63,766 bases of DNA from Chlorokybus atmophyticus (Eukaryota > Plantae > Mesostigma and Chlorokybus algae), in assembly GCA_009103225.1 (NCBI GenBank), contig RHPI01003508.1, positions 62,235-126,000 of the forward strand, written 5' to 3'. The notes under the pieces are model-generated. The model made no database searches and was not told where the DNA came from. It saw nothing but the letters and a program-made list of their open reading frames with translations. The position numbers were made by a program, and so were the translations under genes. This document shows positions 25,907 to 39,664 of this stretch, in pieces; position 1 is the first letter of the stretch; every line of letters begins with the position of its first letter.

Positions 25907-28082
25907 TGTACATTGATTGTGGCAGGGTTGCGGTTGGTTTGGAGGCACAACTACTTTCTGGCATATATACGCTGCTTGTGCATGCAGGTGCAATCAAACA
26001 GCAGAATGCTATCGTGTACAGATATAAGAATTTTTGCATATCCGCTGTTGATTACGCGGCCACACACATTCCACGCTGACCTACAAAGTTCAGCAGCTGA
26101 GGTTAGATAAAGAAAAGGTCAGTGCTTTTTCGAGGCTTTTTAAGTAGCACTGCTAAAAGTAGTGTTGCAGGGCTCTACGGGTATAGAACTGTTGCAAATA
26201 TTACAAGCAATGTCATAAGGCTCGGTTGAGGTCACATGCACCCTGGTGTTGCTTACACAATACCACAAACCATGCAACGCAAATGCACAACCTCGCACAT
26301 GCCAGTCCTTACTAGGACTGTCACACATATAGGCTTATCTACACCCCAGATGCAAGCACAAGGAAGCAGCAAACACATATGGGGTATATGTATATGTGTA
26401 TATATATACATATACATATGTCTGACATATAAGAGGCATGTGGCTCCGCCCATGGTAACACGTTTTGCTACCGTGCCCTAGTGGTAAGGCGCCAGTATTA
26501 CAAGCCTCTCCCTCCCCCATGCGCGCACGCGCGTCATTTATATTCTGTTGATTTTTAAGACAAGAGTATCATGGCTTAGGGCAACTATTGCATAATTACA
26601 GCATCTTGCAATCATTATTTATGCAACACCAATGTTCACTCTATACATAACGATTCACATCATTGGCAATCGTGTGTTGAAGAAAGAAATGTATTGCACC
26701 ATTCATGCTAAAGGGTTTGCAAACGAGAGAAATTTCGAGCACGAGTTGCAATGTGTTCCTTTATGTATAGCTTGTGATACACAAGGTATAATCATCAACA
26801 AAGAAAGGCAAAGAAGAAGCAAAACGTGCAACGAATGAACATCATACTTTGCTCATCAAGGATGCCAGTTGTCATTGTTCGACATTATATACATATACAT
26901 ATACAAATATATGTATAAACAGTGATTCAAGTTAAGAGTCTAAAGTCTTCTACATATGCATGTACTGCGTATATTATTTCAGAAACACATACGTTATTTA
27001 ATTGAGGAGATCGGCATTTATAATTGCAAGACACATGCAAAATTAGATTAAGATCAATTTTGTTAAGTAATTTTGTAAAGTACACTCACGCATAAGTTGC
27101 AAGCGTGATCCAAAACCAACTTATATATAGTCTCTACAGTACATTCAGTTACTCAAACAACTCACACTCGAGCACTCTGCACACCATGCACACCTTGGGA
27201 AATAAATTGATTGCGTTTGCGTGTGTTGTCATGCATAATGAATGGCAATTGTCCATAAAACAGTATCACTCGTTCACCATGTGTGAATCTTGACATTCCA
27301 TGGATAATGTCTCAGTCTCTAGTAGGAACTCGCTACGCATGAGACCGACACGCTGTGGGACCTACGGCGTAGCAAGCAGCATCGGTTTCAGATGTACATA
27401 TGCGTATAACAGAACAGCAAACGACTTTATAACGACGGAACCTGCGGCCCTGTTTCGAATCGGGCACAAACGGTAAAACCGCCCGTCGCCGCTTGCGCCT
27501 GTACAAATTCCGGCTGCCTGCTGTGTTCCAAAACTTGAACAATCAAGTGTCCAATCCAGCCAGTATTCCCAGGCTGCTGCGGCGGCGGAGGAGGAAGGAC
27601 AGGAGGGGGAGGGAGGAGGGGAGGGAGAGGGGGACGCGGAGGGAGACGTGGAGGGGGAGGTGAAGGTGGTGGTGGTAGTTTCTGTAGAGTGGGAGGGTTG
27701 AGCTAGGCGGGTTGAGTGACAGGTGCTGCTGCTGCTGCTGGTGAGTGTGGATGAGAGCAGCAGCCTGTGAGTGCGCAGCTTTGTTCTGGAATGATGGGTG
27801 TGGATGAATATTATGCTTGTTGTACCCTTTCACGCGTAATTTTGCTGTGCGCACTCGTCTGAAGCTCTACATCAACCATGCTGGTACTGGCTCACATTCA
27901 CAAGCTGCTTAGCAGCTGTTTGCATTGCTCTGGCTAGGTGGCAGCTAATTGATCAGCTTGAACACACACAAGCAAGTGTTCATCAGTAGTAAACTGGAAA
28001 GCAGGACTGTTTTGGCAAACCAAAGCTTGCGATTGCGTGCATATTCACCTGGTTGTCGTGCTATTGCCAGGATGTAAGCAGC

Positions 28083-30666
28083 ATGCTTGTGCGGCACTCT
28101 GCAACAGCGCTTGCGCAGCGCTTGCTGCTGCTGGCGGCAGCAGCATGGTTGTGCTTGCTGTCCTCAAGCAGCTGCGTTGATGGCGCCAACACCCCGTTCA
28201 ACTTCATCCGTAAGTGCAGCTGGCAAGCATTGCAGTTGACAAGCATGCATTGGCTTCAAGTTGGTAAACACAATCATGCGAGTGCTTAGTATTTCTATAC
28301 TATTTGTTTGCAGGATTTTTGGGTTTGGAAAAGCTTCCAGAAAATTCCCAACAGACTGACCCTCCGGAGTTTGCTCAATGGGACGGGTTGCTTCAGCTTG
28401 CCAGACAGCGTGCAAAGAACAACACTGTCGTGCTTTCATTTGTTGACGCCAACTACTATGTCCTCGGCATCAACTGGATACAAGTGAGTGCATTAGCATG
28501 TGCATGTTGAACATGTTACATGTGTTCACACATACACATGTACACACGTACACAACATTTGTGTGCAGGCGATGGAGAGGTTGGGTGTGACCAACTTCGT
28601 CATTGTGACGTATGATGAGGCCACGTGTGTGGACCTGCGCTCTCGCAAGGTGCCGGCGGTGCAGTCTCCAAGCGATGGCATGGAGCAGCCCGCTGATGGA
28701 GGCGCCAGGGAGCTCAAAGAGTTTCAGATCAAGATGGCGCATAGATTGCAAGCTACTCGCCGCCTCTTGCATGCCGGTAAGCATACAATGCGCGCGCATG
28801 CGTCTGCGTCTGTACAGAAAATCGTAGACGCTGTTGTGCAAATGCGCACATGCCTGTGTGAGTGTTATGCTATGTCGGTAGTATGCGTGGTCCCTTGCAA
28901 GGTTGTATTGTTTTCAATACCACGGTGCTGAGGTGTTGCTTGTGTTGTGCAGGAATTAGTGTTGTGCTGTCTGACATTGACGCTGTCTGGGTGGATGCTT
29001 CTGCCATGGAGTCGGTCTTGCTACCTGGCATTGACGTTGCTGGTAAGACTGACCTACTAAAGTTTGTACAGGTTGACTAGGCTGGTTGTGCATGAGGTTA
29101 ATGTAAGTGCACACACACAGGTGGGCGAGTCAGACGCTGGCACTCAACAACGCACATGCACGCTTGCACGCAAAACTTCTCACTCCCAACCACACGCGCA
29201 CCGCATGCCTGTTTGTGTTTATGCATGTTCTTGTTGGTGCATGTGCGGTTCTGTGGTTATCCAACACGGTACAGGTTGTGACACTGACACGACAATTACA
29301 TAAGTCAACACTGATGCCTATTACGTGTGCAGGTCAGTGGAACTGGCCTCCCGGCCTCGCGTTGATGTCGACCCCGGGTCTGCTGACGGGCCTGGTGTTC
29401 TTCAATGGCAGCTCTCCAGCGGTGGCGCGGCTGCTCGACCGGGCTTGCGCCACCACGGACGCGATGTTGAGAGATGAGTCCAAGAGCAGGACCATTGAGC
29501 AGATCGCGCTGGATAAGGCACTGCGAAGCGGGCCGGGAGGGATCAGGTGAGTGAAGTGGTGGAGCGTGAGCGCGTATGCAATTAAGCACACATGTTGACA
29601 GGTTCATTCACACGTGCACACACATGCGCTCTCACGCGTGTTCACGCGTGCACACAGAGATACCCACGCACGCACGCATGCACGCACGAACACAGCGAAG
29701 GTGAAGGTTGCAAGCATTGCTGTCAGTTCACAATGCCACAAAACCACGCATGCTTTCACCATGTGCGTGAAAGCAGGGGTGGTTCTTGCACGCGAGCATG
29801 CGTATCACTATATGCGTGCATGCTTGTGCACGTGTTCAAGCAAAGCTTGTGACATCAGCATGCACCGCACCCTGAGTACCGTGCACGCAAGCAAGAGTGC
29901 ATACTCTGTACACACGTCCGCTGCACGATTACAAGCATACAACATGTAACTCTTCCATCCCTTCCCAGGTGGGACACCCCTTCCGCCCAGCAGCTCCGCG
30001 TCTGTTCGGTCTCCCCCCTCCTCGGCCGCGCCTCCTCTCTGACGTCCGCTCCCGTCTCGACCCCCCTCGGCCCCCGCTCGGCGCGGGTCGCGGCCCCGCT
30101 CAGGATCGCGCTCCTGCCCAACAGCGACGTCAGGTTCGCCACCAGTGTGAGCGTGGTGGACGCGAGGAAGGAGCTGGGACGGTTTCCGAAACTGCAGGGG
30201 TGCAGGTGGGTGGGGAACTTGTATGTGTGAGCGCATACACCTACGCATGTGCGCGCATGCATGCACGCATGCACCCAAGCATGCATGGATACACATGTGT
30301 GGCTTGCAGAGTGCTCCAATGCACGCATGGTTACTGCGTTGCGCATGCAGAGGATGTTTTTCGTCATGCTTGTCACGACAAACGACAAAGTTCATGTAGC
30401 ATGACGTGATTGTTGCATGAACAGCTAACTGATAGTATACATGCGCCGTGCAGGAGCGCTCGCACGCTGGACAGCGTCTTCCACTGCGTCGCCAAGGCTC
30501 TGAACTCATTCTCCTCCTCCTCACCAACCAACAACAACAGCAGCAACATCGCCACCACCACCACCAGCAAGAAGTATTGTCGTCCGCCGGCAATCGTCCA
30601 CTGCTTCGGCCACATCCACCAGAAGGTCAAGTGCCTGCAGGGCTACCGCAACGGCTGGGTGCTGCA

Positions 30667-30697
<31 letters not shown>

Positions 30698-30823
30698 GGT
30701 AGTGGAGGAAAAGGTGGAGGAGGAGGAGGAAGGCGAGCTCTCTTGCGGCCGCCGCCTGAGCCTCCTGCCTTCAAGGAGTGGACGGACAACCTCCGCCGAC
30801 GCCTCACCTGGACCATGCGTTAG
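28083..30823 (+). CDS. Nucleotide-diphospho-sugar transferase (Nucleotid_trans/GT77-like), probably secretory pathway
   Basis: N-terminal hydrophobic anchor; VVLSFVDANYYVLGINWIQAMERLGVTNFVIVTYD; DxD motif VVLSDIDAVW; GLVFF; EQIALDKAL; C-terminal AIVHCFGHIHQKVKCL. Confidence 0.8.
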
Positions 30824-31912
30824 CTGAGGCGAAACAGGAGGAGGAGCAGGAGGAGGAGGTGGGCAAGGCGGACAAGGAGGAGGTCAAGGAGGACAAGGGA
30901 GTGGTCATCAGGTAGAGTACAAGCAAGTGGTGATCAAGAAGGTGTTTCTCAGTGCTTCAGGGATCAGCGGCGGTTTGTGTTTTCCAAGTTTTCTCCCTTG
31001 TTGGTGTCTCTGTATTGTGCAACAGCTGAGGCGTAGTGCAGTGGGCTAGGTTAGCGGCGTAGCGTGTGAGTGTGTGTGGGCGTTTGTGTACAGTGTGTGC
31101 GTGCGCGCGTGTGTGTAAGTTTTACCACTTGTCGTGGATTAGGTAGGCGGCAGCGGGACAATTTTGCTTCAGCTTTCCCCCATTCTTTCAATTCAACGTG
31201 TTTTCGTCCTGCATCCTGTTGTTTGAGATGTTGCGCTTACGCTCATTGAACTTGCCTTCATGACTGCTCAGCATGCTGACTTCAGTGCACACAAAGGCTA
31301 CTGATGCGTTGTTGGCCAAATGCCTGTATCTGGTTTGGTCATGATGTTGCTGTCGCTGCGTGGCTTAACTCACACAAGCAGGTCAGGTAGTAACAGAAAA
31401 CGGTGATGCGCAGCATGCTGATAAAGGATGTGCATGTTAGCATAATGTACATACACGCATAGATACACATACAGTCGATTGAAAAGCACTGTATGAGGGA
31501 CAACTCTCTGCATAGAGTCGAAGTTTGTAACCTGTTCCATTCCATACTACAATATAAACACTTGAATACGGGACACCATAGTGCACTGGCTCTACAACTG
31601 CTGTACAAGTTTCTGAACCAACATTGTGCTACGTTAATCAGTTCCACAGTCCAGGGTTACTGCATCTCCACAACCGTGCTTCTGTGTGCGGTACAAGCAC
31701 TAGACTCCAATTACACACGCTTGCGCTCTCACGCGCGCCCACCCATGGCCATACACGCACCCGTGCACACATATGCGCACGCATGCGCACGCACGCACTA
31801 TGTCTAAGCCATGTCTAAGCGTGTGCGTGGACCCACGTATGCACGCACGCACGCACGCGCACACACACCAAAACTAACCTTTGTCCACGCGCAGCCCCAT
31901 CCTCTCCTCTCC

Positions 31913-34900
31913 ATGGACATCGTCCGTCGCGCGTTCGTCCACGCCTCCCGCGCCCGCACGGCGATCGTGACCAACAGGACAACGGCGGGCGCGGCGCGTC
32001 ACTCTTACGGGGCGATCGTGGGGGCGGCGGCGCGGACGGCGGAGGGGCTGATGCGGGGGCAGAAGGTGAGTTGGGGGTGGGGGTGGGGGTGGGATATGGG
32101 GGATGTAAGGGAGGAGTTGAAGGACACGGGCGGTGCGTGTGGGAAGCGTACGCGTGCAGATGAGCGCGAGCATAGGCATGGGTGTGTTGCTGTGGGAGTG
32201 TTTGCGTGCATGGGTGGGTCGGGAAGTGGGGACGGGGGGAGCGTGTGTGCGTGAGTGCATGAGCGTGTGCATGCATGCATGTGTGTGTTTGTGGCTCACC
32301 CTCTGACACGTACCTGTGCACGCGCGCGCACACGTTCGATCCCTGCACAATACCTACGCGTGCGTGTTTACATGCGTGCATGCTCGTGTGTGGGGACACC
32401 CTCCTCCCGCATGCGTGCGCGTGCTTTTACATGTGCGCGTGCACAGAAACAAACGCACACGCACGCGGTTGTGTCTTATTGTCTCCTTGTCCAGGACCGT
32501 CCCGGCTCCCGCGTGGGTCTCCTCTGCGGTTCCACGCCAGAATGGGCCGCGGGCGCCTTTGCCGCATGGATCGCGGGGGCGATAGTCGTGCCGCTATCAC
32601 CCAATCACCCGGCGCAGGAACTACAGCACGTCATCGACGACGCGGTAACACGGGAACCTGTTGCTGTGTTGTTGATGATCTGTGACGGTTGTCACATGCT
32701 GTTGTGGTGGTGGTGGGTTGTCTCATCTTACAGGGTGTTGGTGCTATCGTGGCTTCGGCCGAGCTCGTCGGTCGCGCGGGTGCGCTCGCGCCCAACGACG
32801 TGCGCGTGCACGAGGTGGTGCCTGTGGGATGTGGCGTTGGCGATGATGTGGGGGCGTATGGTGCGATGATCGAGCGCAAACGTGGCGAGTATGATGACGA
32901 CGGGTCGATTATCGTGTATACGTCGGGGACGACGGGGAAGCCGAAGGGAGCGATGCATACGCACGGGAGCCTGATGGCAAATGTGGGTTTGCGTGCGTGC
33001 GTGTGGGTGGGTGGGTGGGTGGGCGTGCGCGTGCGCGTGTGTGCGTGTGTGTGTGTGCGTGTATGTGCTTACTTATTGTGTGTCGTGTGTGTCATGTCTC
33101 TCGTGTTTCAATGGTGGCCTCACACGTTGGGTTTGTTCACGCTCTAGATGTTGTGTGTCCTTCCTCAGATCAAGTCTATGGAAGAGGCTTGGGCGTGGCG
33201 CCCGACCGATGCGATCCTTCACTGCTTGCCGCTTCATCATATCCGTTGATGCCAGTGTGACACCTGCTCATGCATGGGTATGCATGTTGGGTTGCGCGCG
33301 TTAGGGGGTGTGTTGTTGGCCTTAACGGATAGTGTGGTGTCCTGCTACACACGTGCACGGGATATTCAACGCGCTGCTCACGCCCCTCCACACAGGCGCC
33401 ACGGTACACACGCGTGTGCATACATGTACGCATGTTGTGCGTCCTCCTCGTTGCCCCCAAGCCGCAACTCTCTCTCTCTGTGCAGGTAGAGTTCCTGCCT
33501 GGAGGCTTCGAAGCCAACACTGTCTGGGACGCCTTACTCACCTCCAACAATAACAACACTCGAGACTCTCACGATATCACCGTCTTCATGGGTGTAAGCA
33601 CTACCGCACGAGTGGATAATAATACAGCACGCACGCATATGCCGCACGCACGCATCCCCAACATGTCCTCTCTCTCTCTCTCTCTCTCCAGGTGCCTACA
33701 ATGTACCACAGGCTGCTGAAAGAGTACCAGGCGATGCCGGCGGACAAGCGAGCGGAGGCCTCGCGGGCAGCGCGAAGCCTACGCCTCGCTGTAAGGAGTG
33801 TGTGTCTCGCACTGGTGTGTGTCTGTGCGCGCGTGTGCGCATGCGTGCGTGCGTACACGGCCGGTGACGGGTCGTCTGTGTGTGTGCACGCGTGTCTTCG
33901 CGCGTGCATGCCCATGTCTATGTGCGTGTGTCTGTGTGCGCACGTGTGCGCGTGTGCACGCGCACTGCTGTGTCCGCGTTCGCTTGTGCGTGCGCTTGCG
34001 TGTGCGTGCGTGCACATGTTCCCATCACATGTGACATATGTGTTTGTTGCGCAGGTGAGCGGTTCGGCCCCGTGTCCGATCCTCGTGGCCAACAACTGGG
34101 CGGCCATTGCTGGGTTGCCCCCGTTGGAACGCTATGGCATGACTGAGGTTGGGTGTTGGTCGAGCATACATGTTGTTGGAGGAGGAGGAGGAATCACGCA
34201 TAGAAGGGATGACCATTGTTGCTGATCTATGATCTGTGTGTGCAGATCGGCATGGCGCTGTCCAACACATTGACGAAGCGAGTGCCTGGCGCTGTCGGAA
34301 CTCCCATGCCCGGCGTGCAAGTGAGTGCGTGCGCATGCGCGCGTGCGTGAGAGAGAGAGCAGATGTTGACAATCGCCGGCAACACATACACACATGTGCA
34401 CATGAGCCAGTTTTGTGTGCTTCTGCGACAAGGTGAAACTGGTACCAGACAAGCAAGCGACTGGGGCCGGTGAAAGAGACGAGTCCTTAGACCAAAGTGA
34501 AAACGGCGATGGAGTTGACATCGGCGAGCTTTACGTGCGGGGCGGGAACGTGTTCAAGGAGTATTGGGGCAAACCTGAGGTAGGGCAGGCTCATCTTGTT
34601 ATCGTGTTGTTACGTTGGGGGTGTTTACGTGTGCCCCTTGATATGCCGCTTGTATTCTGCGATGTTGTTGGTCGTGCTTGTGTAAACTAAATAATAACCT
34701 TGCAAATCAGTTGTACCTATGGTTGGTTCTGTTGGATCAGACGACGCGGGAGACTTTTGATGATGGCGGATGGTTCAAGACGGGCGATATCGCTTCGTAT
34801 GACGGCAGTGTGTACCGCATACTGGGACGTGAGTGGGGGGTTACCTACTTGTTTATACTACTCCAGATGACATGGGTTGGAAGGTCTTTGAGAGATGTTG

Positions 34901-35785
34901 GCGTGAGTTGTGTTTTGTGGTTGGCAGGTAGCAGCGTGGATATCATCAAGAGTGGCGGGTACAAGCTGTCGGCGCTGGAGATTGAGAACGCTCTGCTCGA
35001 GGTACACACACGCACATGCACGCATGCACGCACACACGCACACGCATATACACATGCGTACGCGTGCACACACGCACGAGCGCGAACGGATGCCTTCCCA
35101 CGTATGCACATGTGCATGTGTGTGTTTGGACGTGTGCGTGCGCATTTTCACGCGCACGCACACACACACACACCTCCTCGCAGCACCCGAGCATCGCGGA
35201 GTGCGCAGTGGTGTCCGTCCCCGACGCGGACCTTGGTGAGGCTGTCGGTGCACTCGTCGTCCTACGCGAGGGCGACGTTGTTGACACGACTACTGATCAC
35301 GTGGAGGAGAGGCTGAGGGGGTGGGCTAAGAGCAGGGTGGCGGCGTACAAGGTGAATGAGAGACAAGGGTGTTGGTTGCGTGTGTCCGTGCAATTACGTC
35401 TCAACGATGGGAGAGGACTCGGTTTGATGTATGTGCTCGAGCGTTCTCACCGCGTATCCGCTCTGTTCACTTTGCTTGCCAGGTGCCAAGGAGAGTTGTG
35501 GTTACCGATGCCATCCCTAGGAACGCCATGGGGAAGGTAAGCACGCGTGCGCGTTTGTGCAAGCGAACACGCTGTGCAAGCATGTCCTTGCGGAGCATGC
35601 TCATGGCAGGCAACTTGATGAAGTTGATTGATCAGACTATCAACTGCAACCCTTTCACCTAGCGGACAGGTTCAATGCTACTACTACTTCTACTGCATCA
35701 GTGACTGACAATCTCACACATTCCATTGGTCATGCAGGTGAACAAGCGTGAGTTGAAGAAGTTGTTTGTCGACACTTTGTCATGA
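31913..35785 (+). CDS. ACSF3: Malonyl-CoA synthetase / malonate-CoA ligase (ACSF3, plant AAE13 type); start may extend upstream to about 31341
   Basis: YTSGTTGKPKGAMHTH, LHCLPLHH, FMGVPTMY, ERYGMTE, GELYVRGGNVFKEYW, WFKTGD, DIIKSGGYKLSALEIE and IPRNAMGKVNK. Confidence 0.92.
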
Positions 35786-36045
35786 AAAGCTTTGTACTGG
35801 CGAGCGCACACATCCACTCATTGTGTAGGTTGAAAACAGTAGTGTTACAGTTAGGGATAGTTTGGTGACTGCACACCAGTCAAAACAAGTCGTATGTGTG
35901 CATGTTGTAACTGTGGTATGTGGCCGTGCTCTTTTCGTACGGTCATCACACAGTTTCTGACAAGATTTCAACAACAAGACTAAGAACTGGTTGCTGATGA
36001 CTGTACTGCACAATGATCCAAACATGAATGCGCCAGTTACTTCTG

Positions 36046-39000
36046 CTACTCGGTATTCGCGGGGAACTTGGCTCTTCTCATGAGCCACCAGGGCATGTGC
36101 ACAGGTGGGATGAGGCTGGCCGCCCACCTGGGAAGCCTGATGCCAGCCTGGAAGACGTGTGAAGCCTTGTTGGTAACAAACACACGCACACCAGCGCGCA
36201 CGCATGTGTACGAGAGCGCACACTCACATGCACACACGCTCGCGCTCATGCACGCGCGCACGCGCAAGCACGCTGTGCCAAGAGAAACCTGGTGTTCTTA
36301 CCTGTGAGAGGCCGTTCGGGATGAGGAATTGCAGGCTTCGTATGGACGGAGGCTGTGAGCCGTCCGCGTCTCGAAAACCGTACTCGCGCGCCAACTCGGC
36401 CACCACGCACACCTGTGATACGTGCATGTTTGTGGGGGGGAGGAGGGGCTCTGTTTGTGTCTACATGCATGCATGTGCGCATGTGCGCGTCTGCCTCTGT
36501 AAGTGAGCATGTTAACTTGTGTGCGTGGCTGTTTGCATGTGCTTGTGCGCATGCGTGTGCGTGTACGTGTGCCCTACGTGCCTGTGCCTGTATCTGTGCC
36601 CGTGTGCTTATTCAAGGATATGCACCTCCTCTTCACGCACGCAAATGTCACTTTGCATGCCATCCTACTCGTATGGTGATATATGCACTCCAGAGGAAAG
36701 TAGAAAACAACACATTGGCCTACCTTGCCAGTGTGCTTCTTCACGGCGCTGGGGTCGGCAGCCAGAGCGGCCACGGCGCGGCCCGCGTAGAGCGGATCCT
36801 CCGCGTACGACAGATCGAACATGCTCGAACCCTCTGCACGGACACGTAAGGAGAGGCGTGAGTACACTAGTGAGCGAGCAGGGTCACCGCGCATTCACAA
36901 ACGCATCTACACATACATGCACGCGCACAGAGATGCAGGCGCACATGCAAGGGTGCTTTGCGCGCGCGCGCGCACACACACGCACGCGTGCACTCACACG
37001 CAGTTGCACAAGACCAGCGTAAATACACAGCGTTCTCGACCCTGCAACACGGCAACAAAACAGCTGTTCTTCATACCAGCGAACTTGAGTATGCGGTCCG
37101 TCTTGACGATCCCCGGCCACAGCGACACGCACCCGACATCATGACTCTCAAGCTCGCGCGCCATATCAGCAGACAACCTGTCCACCCCGGCCTGTAGTTG
37201 CAAAACGATTCACAACAACAACAACAATCACAAGAACAGCGACAACGTGTTGTGGTACCTTCCCCACGCCATACGCCACGTTGAAGGTGTACCCGAGTCC
37301 CCCGAACGAGCTCACGTTCACAATCAACCCCGACCTAGCACACAACAACATCACACCTTTCACTCTCCCAACCCAACACCCCAACATGTGTCACAACCCC
37401 CACCTGTTTTTGATCATGATGGGCGCGGCGAAGCAGCTCGCGACGTAGTGCGATCGCAGGCCGACGTTGCAGACGGCGTCCCAGAGGGCGGGACCTTGCT
37501 TCCAGAAGGGGAGCTGAAACTTGCTCTGGGGAGGGGAGCAGACAGCAATATGTATGTTGGTGTGTGGCTGATGGCGCAATGTGAAAGACTCTGTTTTCAA
37601 TGTCAATGCGTTAGTTTGTTGTTGTGGCTTTGCTGCGCAACCGCAACAACATCACCCGCACTATCCCATGCTGGTTCCTTGTTGAGTTGAGGAGGAGTCA
37701 TTTGGCTGTGCTGCAACAACATCCACAACAAACCAGCAGGCATATCGTTGCTGCCATGACCATCACTGCACAAGTGTACGTGACTCTCATGTGGTAACAG
37801 TGTTGTTTGTTGCTTGTTGCCATCTCGCCCCCACCTTCCCATCATCTCCCGCCCCCATATCCGGCAGCGTCAGCGCGTTGTTGACCAGCACGTCCAGTCT
37901 CCCGCCCTGCTCGCTTGCGATGCGCTCGAACAATGCGCGCGTGTCGGCGTCGGACGCGTGGTCGCAACGGACCGGGATACCCACGCCGCCACGACGACCG
38001 ACCTGAGCGCACGCATGCGTGTGCAAATGTGCATGCGTATGTGCGCGCGTGTATGTATGCCCATGCGCATGCGCATCCACACGCACGCGCGTGCGCAGAT
38101 ACATACACACGCGTGCGCTGTGAGCGCATGTGCAATTGCGTGCGTGCGTGTGCCTGTGTGCGTGCGTGCGTGTGCATGAGTGTGCGTGCATGTGTGGGCA
38201 GACGTATGCGTGTGAACATGTGAGTGTCTGCGTGTGCAAGTCAAACATCGGCGTAAAAGCCACCTCCTCGGCCGTTTCGACCACGCTGCCGGCGCCACCC
38301 GCGGCATCGTGCTCGTGGGGCTCAAGCTTCCTCATCGTCCGACCCGTCACGTACACCGTCGCACCTGCATGCGCGTTCAGCTTCGCGCACTTTCACACCC
38401 GCATACTCACTCAGTCAAGCAATGAGGCAATCAGCGGGTGATCCAGTCACTCGAACCCTTACTGGCTGATTCACTCCTCTAATGACACACTGTTTTGCTC
38501 AATCACTCTCTAGCAGCGCCAGTTACCTGACCGCTCGTCACCCGTGTACTCGTTTATCAGACATGCGTGCGCTCACATAGCAACTCGTGTATGCAGACAG
38601 TCATTCAATCATTCAGGTCGGTCAGGTTCAAGATGACAGTATATATCAGATACACATCTGATATCTCATTCACTGGATGAATCAGTTAGAACTTCAGCCA
38701 GTTGCTCAAGCACTCCCTCGTTCAATCAAGCATTCCCTCACTTATGCTGTCACGCACTCTCTCTCCCTCACTCGTGGTTTCACGCAATCCCTCCTTCTCT
38801 CACACTCACTCGCTCACTCACACACTCGCTCACTCCCACTCACCCGCTTCCCCTAGCGCGTACGCGATCCCCCGTCCCACACCCCTGCTGCCGCCAGTCA
38901 CCACGGCCACCTTGCCGGCCAGGGGGCGCACGCTGGCACCGCCGCCGCCCTGCTCGGACACATGCATGCGGTCATGCAATACAAGGCGAGGCAAGCAAGG

Positions 39001-39336
39001 AGAAAGGGGGGGGAAACAGCACAGGACAGACAAGAAAGAGCGCGGAGGACGATGACGAGCAAGTAGGTGCGCTGCATGTCATAGAAAGAAAGGTTGCAGC
39101 GTGAGTGCGCATGAAGCAAGTGTTTCTTTCTGTTCAATGCAGCAGCGCACCTTGGCCATCTCTGCTCGGACTTGGATGAAGGTTGCGAAGCGCTGGCGCT
39201 GGTGGTGGCCACGGCGGGGAAGCGGGGAGAGGGGAAGATTGATGAATGAACAAGATTGGGATGAGTCGTGTCTGCAGCCTGCCAAAATCCACGACAGCGA
39301 CGAGACGGATGCCGCCACCGCCAGCGACATGCTCAT
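36046..39336 (-). CDS. DHRS1: Short-chain dehydrogenase/reductase, DHRS1 type, with predicted N-terminal targeting peptide
   Basis: GKVAVVTGGSRGVGRGIA, IPVRCDHASD, LDVLVNNA, VGLRSHYVAS, GLIVNVSS, catalytic YGVGK, VSLWPGIVKT and ELAREYGFRDADG. Confidence 0.88.
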
Positions 39337-39664
39337 GCACGCCAAGTAGCAACGGAAGGTACCCTTGTGATTGGAAGTTAGTAAGTCTTGGTTAGTTGCC
39401 CGCAACGGAAGGTAGAGCCAAGCTTGTTATCGGTCTGTTGGCCATGATATCGGTTGCGTGACGACGTGGACGAAGCTGGGGCACTGGTATGGGGTGCCTT
39501 AAGAGAGAAATCAGAGATCAGTGCCGCGACTGGCCTGTCACAGGATATCCAGTAGGGTTCAGTGACGTGGCGGCTTTGCAGGCGGGGACAGCGGGAGTGG
39601 CGGCGGCGGCGGAGCAGGAGGCCGAGGAGGATCACCAGGAGGAGGCCAAGAAGGTCTAGTCACA

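Noticed and set aside
26474-26500. tRNA-like A-box text (cctagtggtaaggcgcc)
   Set aside because: No T-arm/B-box or acceptor stem follows.
23566-39336. ALG5 + glycosyltransferase + acyl-CoA synthetase + SDR as a biosynthetic cluster
   Set aside because: All resemble housekeeping orthologues with different predicted compartments, and there is no scaffold-forming enzyme.
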